DNA of 64,000 nt from Octopus sinensis (lineage: Eukaryota): the NCBI RefSeq assembly GCF_006345805.1, contig NC_042999.1, positions 47,182,001 through 47,246,000 of the forward strand, written 5' to 3'. Shown here one piece after another: positions 56,439 through 64,000 of the stretch. A program made the translations under genes and the position numbers. The notes under the pieces were generated by a model that searched no databases, was not told the origin of the DNA, and saw only the letters and a list, made by a program, of their open reading frames with translations. Within the stretch, counting starts at the first letter, position 1. The number at the start of each line of letters is the position of its first letter.

Positions 56439-57257
56439 CTAAAATGACCTACATAGCACATATTTACATGAGCAAATTAAACCATTCTTGATACTCTCCA
56501 TAACTTCATAGTTTATATGTTGTTCTTGACTTCTTGTTAAATCAAAAATTACTATCCTCTGTCCATTATACATATATTTTATATCAAGGCTTCTGCCGTT
56601 CTCAAATCTTATTCCATCTAATGTTTGGAGATATCTCGATAAGTATGTTTTTCCGCTGTTTCCAATCGGATCAGAATACCATATAATTTTCCTTGTGTCA
56701 GGTTCATTACTCATTTCGTTAATGAGTTCCTGTTGCCATTTTCTCCACGCACTATTCTTGTATTTTTCTTTAATTTTCTCCATGGTTTGTATTTGTTGAT
56801 TCTCACTCCATAGTTTTTCTATGGCACGTACATTAGTTTTATAGGCATTTATTGTGTCGCTGTCATCTCTTTTGAGAATGAATTGTTCAGGGTTATTTTC
56901 GTTGGATTTAATAATTTCTCTCAGGGTCTCATTAATCTTCTTATTTTTCTCACTCTCTATGGTATCACCTTTAGTGAAGTAGTCACCTTCTTTTTGGCAG
57001 TATTCTATATTTTGCTTCTCAGAACCTTTAGCCATTTCAATGTGGGCTCTATGTGATATTCTTGCTTTCATAGATTTGAGGCTAATTCTAGCAATAGTGT
57101 GAACATATCCCTGCAGATGTCTAGTTCCAGTGGTGGATACTTCTTTCCCCACAACCATGTAACGTATGTGGTCCAAATTACTAATTCTAGTAATGTCTTC
57201 TTCATTGTAATTATTCAGCGTGAAGCAAAATCTGTGGTATCTTGGTGTATGAGGCAT
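56439..57257 (-). CDS. rep: CRESS-DNA virus replication initiator (HUH endonuclease + SF3 helicase), nanovirus/alphasatellite-like helicase half, C-terminally short
   Basis: 272-aa ORF with RCR motif I FTLNN (aa12-16), motif II HLQG (47-50), motif III YCQK (86-89), Walker A GNSGKT (199-204), Walker B IVIFD (235-239) and B' ESIKNGLICSCKY. No recognisable motif C or Arg finger before the TAG. Confidence 0.95.
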   Translation of the reverse strand: MPHTPRYHRFCFTLNNYNEEDITRISNLDHIRYMVVGKEVSTTGTRHLQGYVHTIARISLKSMKARISHRAHIEMAKGSEKQNIEYCQKEGDYFTKGDTIESEKNKKINETLREIIKSNENNPEQFILKRDDSDTINAYKTNVRAIEKLWSENQQIQTMEKIKEKYKNSAWRKWQQELINEMSNEPDTRKIIWYSDPIGNSGKTYLSRYLQTLDGIRFENGRSLDIKYMYNGQRIVIFDLTRSQEQHINYEVMESIKNGLICSCKYVLCRSF

Positions 57258-57305
57258 GTTTAGTAGTAGTCTTCAGACTGAGAGAATTGTTGCAGATTCA
57301 TTATA

Positions 57306-57331
57306 TTTATACACATTACCTCCCCTTCCCC
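57306..57331 (-). promoter_or_regulatory. Right copy of 26-bp inverted repeat; probable rep TATA promoter
   Basis: On the minus strand it ends in TATAAA(TA), ~49 nt upstream of the rep ATG at 57257. Confidence 0.65.
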
Positions 57332-57353
57332 CATCATATTCGCGCCAACTTAT

Positions 57354-57375
57354 CAGCAGTAAATATAAACTGCCG
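57354..57375 (-). other. Candidate rolling-circle origin stem-loop with variant nonamer TATATTTAC
   Basis: Minus strand CGGCAGT-TTATATTT-ACTGCTG, a 7-bp stem with one G-T pair, upstream of the TATA box and rep on the rep-sense strand. Confidence 0.4.
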
Positions 57376-57404
57376 ATTCAATCTCAGAATTAGTCAGAAA
57401 ATTA

Positions 57405-57477
57405 TCAATTAATTATTTAGGGTAGCAAAAAATTCAATAGAAATTTCTATTGAATTTTTTGCTACCCTAAATTGATT

Positions 57478-57483
<6 letters not shown>
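57405..57483. repeat. Perfect 58-bp palindrome (57415-57472) with 9-bp outer extension
   Basis: ATTTAGGGTAGCAAAAAATTCAATAGAAA|TTTCTATTGAATTTTTTGCTACCCTAAAT, plus TCAATTAAT (57405-13) pairing with ATTAATTGA (57475-83). Confidence 0.95.
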
Positions 57484-57560
<77 letters not shown>

Positions 57561-60500
57561 TGAATAAAATTATAAATAGAGAGATATACTATAAAATAAG
57601 TATATCAAATGATAAAATAATATTTATCATAGTATATTCTTCTCTTTATTCATAATTTTGTGTGTGTGTATGTGTGTGTGTGTATGTGTGTGTGTGTGTG
57701 TGTGCGTGTGTGTAGCAGGCTTATTTCTGTATTAGTCTACCAAATTCAACTTATGGACAGCCCGAGGTTATAGGAGAAGACAGTTACCTAAGGTTCCACA
57801 CAGTGTGACTGGAACCACGCAGATAATTCCTCAAAAGAATTTACTGGGATCTACAGGAAAGTATAGATGATTACCCAAATTAGTACCCAAATGACTTCGG
57901 AAAATTCTAACCGAACTAGCTAAATGTATTAAAATCTGTAGATGAACAAAGTCAACGATCAGTTGACAGTTGTGACGGTTATACATGTGTGTGCGCGCGC
58001 ACGCGGAAATAACCGTCACAGCGTAACAAGATAGAGAACTATAGCAGAATTCAGTCCATCCTCTGATTTCAAGTAATATTTCAAGAGACTGTTTATCATT
58101 TCTAGCTTCCTTCATAGTTCTCATTACACGCATATTTGTTGAAGTAAACAAGAATTGACAACGAATAAAGTAAAATGTATATATTCACATCCCTATGGGT
58201 TAGCTGACAATAAATGCAAGTGATTCTATTAAACTATGTACATGGCTTCATACGGGATAGCAATAAGTACGAGATTAGACAAATGCACCAAAGTTACCAG
58301 CAAAATGCAAAATGCTAATAAATAAAAATAACAAGGAAGAAATATAATTTCCACGCATTCAGCTAGATTAGAATCGGCAAACAGTGAATGGGGATTGAAT
58401 CACCTAGAAACACTAGGGATTAGCAAAATCCATAGAAGTTATAAAGCTATCTCCTCAGTATAATTTCTCCCTTGCAAATTAAGTGAACAGATGATGACCC
58501 TACATAGATATGTGTCATCGTATGAATGCACGTAATACATGTGCAATGAAAAACATTTATTTCGATTATTGTTAATCGTAGAGTACTGAGCAAACCAGTC
58601 TGCATTGCAATTTACAAGATTTCCGTGACTGATGGGAGGGAGGTGAAAAAGGTTCCATCATCAAACCGGAGATTTGTATAACTAGCAGTTTTATTTTCAT
58701 TTTATACCCTGAGCAGTATTGGGTTGTATTACATTTCTGTTAATCCAATGTCTTGCAATGGAATAGTTTATCAATACAGAAATACGAAAGAAAAACTTAA
58801 GTCCAGTGTTAAAATAAATCCTGTAAGGAATATCTGGTACTCACATGAGTCCGGTAAATCGCGGGAACTTTTACGAAATATGTAAATGCATAAAAGGTAA
58901 TTTAAGTAAAATGGATTTCGAGACAGAGAATATAGACTATTTTATATAGAAAGCAAGAATGATAGCAAAATGGGAACAACAGAACAAAACAAATTACCTA
59001 GAAACTGAGTCCACTGTAGCAGAACTTTTACATCAGGACGAAAAGAACAGAAATATTAAAAGATAAAGGCGAAAGTATTAACCTCAAAGTAAAACAAAAA
59101 CAAAAAAAACAATCACTTTTAAAGAACAAGGAATATCTATTCCATAATCAATAACCTGCAGGAATTGGATATTGAGAAAGTGAGCCAGTATGAAAGCGAA
59201 CAATGGCTCAAAATGTCTGCATTGATGCAAAAGAAAAAAAATTAAACGTCTGATTTTTTTTGATCTTCATATAAACACACTACAAATGATTAACAATATA
59301 CATACACACACAAAAATAGATCACAAATATATATTAATAAAACGCAAGGATAACATCAACTGAAAATAAGCAATGGACATAAATAACGAATCAACCTTTC
59401 ATTTTACAGCTCAGTCACGTCTGGGATAGAATACATCTACATATATAACTCGGTGTGTAGCTATATGTATTATATACATACTTTTTTCGACAGTGTCCAG
59501 GTAATTCTATATAACCACTGAAAATAAAATCTGTAACGGTGCATTAATTCCGAAAGTAACAATGGTATATTTATGTTACTTTTGAAAAGGCCATTCTACC
59601 TTTAAATGGTAACGCAAACCTTGCAAAGAAATGTAGCAACGATGCGACGTGCAATTCGATAAACATTTAAGTTATTTTCATTCAAAACACTACCAAAACG
59701 AGGCCATAAGGAAAGAGCAAATTAGTTGCAAGAAAGTAAAAGTGTTCTCAGCAAAGCTAGATTTTGCCTAGCGATGATAAAATCAATAATGAGGCAGAAG
59801 AATGATATACCAGAACCACGTAATATAATATTTACTAAAATGAGGTTCCAGGTTTTATCAGTGCAAGAAATCCACTACTCAGTTATCACATCACTTCGTA
59901 ACTCTTCTGAGCAATCTCCTCCAAATACTATCAAATATTTTGCGAGAAAAAAAGAGCTAAAACTATAAACACGCTGAAAAAATTAACATAAAATGGAAAG
60001 CAGAGATATGCTGTGTATGAAAATGAAAGAAAACAGCACTGATCCAAATAATGTGTGCATAAGATACGGTGAAAACAAAATATGAAATTTAAACATAGAG
60101 CAACCAAAAACGTCCAATTTTATCGTTGAGAGCCAAAAATAGAAACAAAATTATTTTTATCTCACATCTTATGTCTTGAAAAAGACGGAAGACGCACTGA
60201 AGACAACTCTCCTAGATATAGCTCAAATAACTGAGTGGATGACCACGTTTGGAAGGACTTTAATCATATGTCTCTAAGAAGTGCTACTAAACATTGACTT
60301 TTAAATCAATTAAGGAAAAAAATAATTCAAAAGAACAGAATATTTACTGAATACTATATATAATCATAATACTATAATATTGCAACTCCATTTTTTATCA
60401 TTTATGATTACTTTATATTTTCTCCAGTACTTCCAGGAGGTCAGATTTTTGTTTATTAATATTTTTAGTAAGTGTTATGTAAAAGATAACCAAAGAAATA

Positions 60501-61963
60501 TCGGTAAATACGATATTACGTGATTCTTTAAATAAAATTTTAAAAATCAATATAAAATATTCAACTGAAATCTTCAAATGCAGAGAATTTTTAAAAAACA
60601 GAAAGTTAATTCTCTTGTAAACAAAATAGTTTAATGTGAGGAGCTTAGTAAAAAATGTAAAATTCGAAGGCTTTTTGCTTTTAACTAGGTTTATGTTATA
60701 ATTTCACAGACTTATAAACACACGTGCATCGGCACTTACAGTGTTTTTTCCCCTCTAAGTTATCACTATCAAACTAAATTCCATCAACATCAACCTGCGA
60801 TACGTGAAAGTCAATCACAATTTTGTTTTCAGCACCAGTTATTTCGATTATGTTTTCGTCAAAATAAGTGGTGTCGCTGTTGAATAGAGCGTATTATTTT
60901 TTATGAAAATACACTGTCATTAAGGATTACACTCTTAAATCCAGCGTATTTTTAGTAATCAAAGTCAGATCGGTATTGATTAGTATATTTACGGAAATAA
61001 ATAGTATAGTGATCAACACTAGGCTGACTTTGATTACCGAAGAAGATAGTTCTGAATGTATTTAGGAATATATTGACAGAGTTAAGAAGTGGGAATAATA
61101 TATATAAGGTTAAACATACGTATATTTTTAGTTCTGTTCTTTTATTTATATAAAATGCTAGGAATTTATTGGTACGTCTAATGTACTAAATGAATGTATA
61201 CTTATGGTAGATGAAAGGACGACAATTTAATTTTACACGACTAGTAATCTTTGACAAAGTCGCTGATACCAACGTCTGATCAATAAAATCAAATCCGCTC
61301 CATCCTACAGCGATAACATCTAAGTAGACGGTGTTGACGATGGCGAAGTCCAGACACGTAATCGAGCCTTAATATAGCGAAATAATATAGATAAAGGCAA
61401 ATTGTTCGAGAAATTAAAACTACGGATACGGTCATGAAACATGATTACATACTCCCATACATATAATTGCATAAATCATCAGTGAAGGAGTAATTCATTA
61501 GAAAAAAAATAAGCACTATGAAGTTAAGTTTAATTCCAAGTGTATATAATCCACATATTGGCTTAAAGCTAATATTACCAAATTTAAAAAAAAATAAAAA
61601 AAGTCATAGAAAATCCTTATATCTTGTACTCAATCCGGTAAATTGTATTTAATAATACCAGGGTATTTCTCTACTGAATCACTACTAATGATGGCGTTCA
61701 GTTAAATATTTCAATTTCAGTGCAAAGTTAATTGTAAATTTAATATCTAACCATAAAACGCACTAATACTATTAAAGAATGATCGAAAGTGAAAGTAGAT
61801 ATCTTAGAAAGAGTGAAAGAGACGGAGTATGGTATAAGCACTGGAACCATGCTGCAGTACAGCGAGCTTTATCTACAGGGTGTAACGTACAATGTAAGAG
61901 AACGACATCCTCTGGGTAGTCGTTCTTAGACCAAATTTCCAATTTAACAATGCATATAAGGTC

Positions 61964-62132
61964 AGAAGTAGTTCTGTGGTAAGTAGCTTGCTTAACAACA
62001 TGGTTCTGGGTTCAGTCCCACTGCACGGCACCTTGGGCAAGTGTCATCTACAATAGCCTCGAGCCAACAAAAGACTTCTGAGTGGATTTGGTAAACAGAA
62101 ACTGAAAGAAGCCCGTCGTATATATGTATATG

Positions 62133-62171
<39 letters not shown>

Positions 62172-62370
62172 TTTTGTGTCTGTGTTCGTGCCCCCCCATC
62201 ATCGCTTGATAACCGTTGCTGGTGTGTTTATGTCCCCGTAAATTAGCGGCTCGGCAAAAGAGACTGATAGAATAAGTAATAGGCTTACAAAGAATAAGTC
62301 CCGGGGTCGATTCACTCGACTAAAGGCGGTGCTCCAGCATGACCAAAATAAAATGACTGAAACAAATGAA
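61964..62370 (+). mobile_element. SINE family A, forward copy
   Basis: TGTGGTAAGTAGCTTGCTT...GGGTTCAGTCCCACTG...GGCGGTGCTCCAGCATG. Further decayed copies at 41415-41505 (+), 43850-44060 (-), 53270-53490 (-), 57710-57820 (-) and 62545-62945 (-). Confidence 0.9.
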
Positions 62371-62965
62371 TGATTAAAAGAGAGATAGTTGGTGTCACAT
62401 TTTGACTATCTATATAGATAAGGTACTAAAATTTAAGATATAATTGCATAATACACGCATACGCAGACATACACATACACACAGAGGCGAACATATATTC
62501 ATGTCTCTGTATGTCTCTTTCTGTCTTTGACTCTCGAATATATTCCTTTATTCTTTTACTTATTTCAGCCATGTGATTAAAGTAATTTACTCGAAGAAAT
62601 CAACTCCAGGATTTATGGTTTGTGAGCGTAGTACTCATTATATCAGTTTCATATGCCGAACCGCTAACTTACGTGTACATAAATACATCAGCATCGGTTG
62701 TCAAGTGATGGCGAGTGGTGCGGGAACACGCACACAGAACACACACACACACACACGCACACACACAAACGCACACACGTATATATACATATACGACGTG
62801 GTTCTTTTAATTTCCGTCTATTAAATCCACTAAAACGGCTTTGGTCGGCTCGTGGGTATAATAGAAGACAGACTCGCAAGTTGCCACACTGTAGGACTGT
62901 ACTCAGAACTATGAATTTAGGATGAAACCTTCTTATGACAGAGCCACGACAGTGCCTATATTGTA

Positions 62966-63050
<85 letters not shown>

Positions 63051-64000
63051 GTGTATATTTATTTATGTATATCTCCTTACTTCTCTCTCTCCCTATATAT
63101 ATATATATATAATATATATACACATACATATATATACACATGTGCAGATAGATAGGTGTGCACAAACCAAAGGGAACATATAAGTGTGAGAGATTAGAAG
63201 CACTCAGAAAGTCAACGCTGACGATGACACCATATGTCTTTTATAGTCATATATCTTGTAGAGCGGTAGTGATCGCGTGTCTCAGGAGGATATAAAGTAT
63301 CCATAATTTCTCTTGAAACAAGCCAAGAAAAGGTATGTTGCATGCACGTCACTAGGAAATGACAGGATATTTTTTTGCTTTTAATAAATGTGGAAATATT
63401 TAAATAATCTGCTAATTTCGGTAAGGACTTTTGGCAACATTGCTTTAAATTATATATACGTCGTTTTAATTAGTCAATCAATCTTACTATGCAGTCCAGA
63501 TTGTTTTCTGTCAAGACTGCATGTCTCAGATAATGAGTTTCATTCTAAAAGTAATGTTATAATTTATATGTTTGAAACTGATAAATGGTGAAATACTTTT
63601 CGAGACCATACTTAACCTTTACTTAGTTTTACAAACGAGGCTCCTGAAGAACATGACATTTTTAGTGCTAGATTATAATGAACGCATAATATAAGCTAAA
63701 CAAATTATATTAACCTTCAGATTTGCAGATTGTAACGATGTATGGACGGTCTTTTGATCCTCGAAAAGTAATTTCAATTTAATTATTGCAGGTATTTATG
63801 ATGGATTACAATTGACCGTCACAAGTTCTTATTTTGAAATACATAAAGCATATTCACTTATGCTATACGTCAAAATAAGCTAATATCCAGACGAATGCCA
63901 CCAAAACAGATGAAAGAAAAAACAATCGTCTATATCCTCTTCAAATCTTTATTTTCCCACTTAAGCGCAATATATGTATTTATAGAGGAAGCAAACAAGA

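Larger units (their letters stand above)
55011..57483 (-). mobile_element. Composite endogenous CRESS-virus Rep/Cap element with inverted repeats and a 3' hammerhead module, set between (TA)n tracts
   Basis: Bounded by (TA)n at 54926-55010 and 57484-57557. Outer ends are related in inverted orientation (AATTAAACAATTTTTAGG vs AATTAATCAATTTAGG). Contains an inner 26-bp inverted repeat, rep, cap and a hammerhead core. Confidence 0.7.

Noticed and set aside
56410-56470. An intron restoring the Rep C-terminus
   Set aside because: A GTAGGT donor-like site exists, but I found no downstream exon encoding motif C on the minus strand.
55285-57345. Target-site duplication around the inner 26-bp inverted repeat
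   Set aside because: The flanks (TGTCTTAAA and CATCATATT) share no direct repeat, so a classic cut-and-paste TIR transposon is not supported.
61250-61350. Minus-strand frame SITCLDFAIVNTVYLDVIAVGWSG, faintly WD40-like
   Set aside because: Weak splice signals, no partner exons, and the similarity is only impressionistic.

Overview
Strongly AT-rich, microsatellite-dense eukaryotic DNA. The tRNA-derived SINE families and (TA)n load look like an Octopus or other cephalopod genome (inference). Most of the window is intronic or intergenic and littered with SINEs, Penelope-like (PLE) remnants, an R4/Dong LINE 3' end, two Tc1/mariner relics and a non-autonomous Helitron. Nearly all ORFs in the track are translated microsatellites. 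The exception is a ~2.5-kb composite at 55011-57483, set between two (TA)n tracts. On the minus strand it carries a near-intact CRESS-DNA-virus Rep (HUH motifs I-III plus a nanovirus/alphasatellite-like SF3 helicase) and an Arg-arm capsid gene. A 26-bp inverted repeat containing a TATA box brackets them. Upstream of Rep lie an origin-like stem-loop and a perfect 58-bp palindrome. Downstream, on the same strand, lies a well-formed type-I hammerhead ribozyme ~130 nt from a (TA)n-embedded end, the same layout as the PLE 3' ends elsewhere in the window. Best hypothesis: ssDNA-virus Rep/Cap genes carried as cargo in a hammerhead-tagged, Penelope-style retro-mobile element. An orphan 11-bp stem-loop with loop TAGTATTAT (26452-26482) and a speculative chain of plus-strand micro-exons are also noted. 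All motif calls were made by eye; no database search was run.
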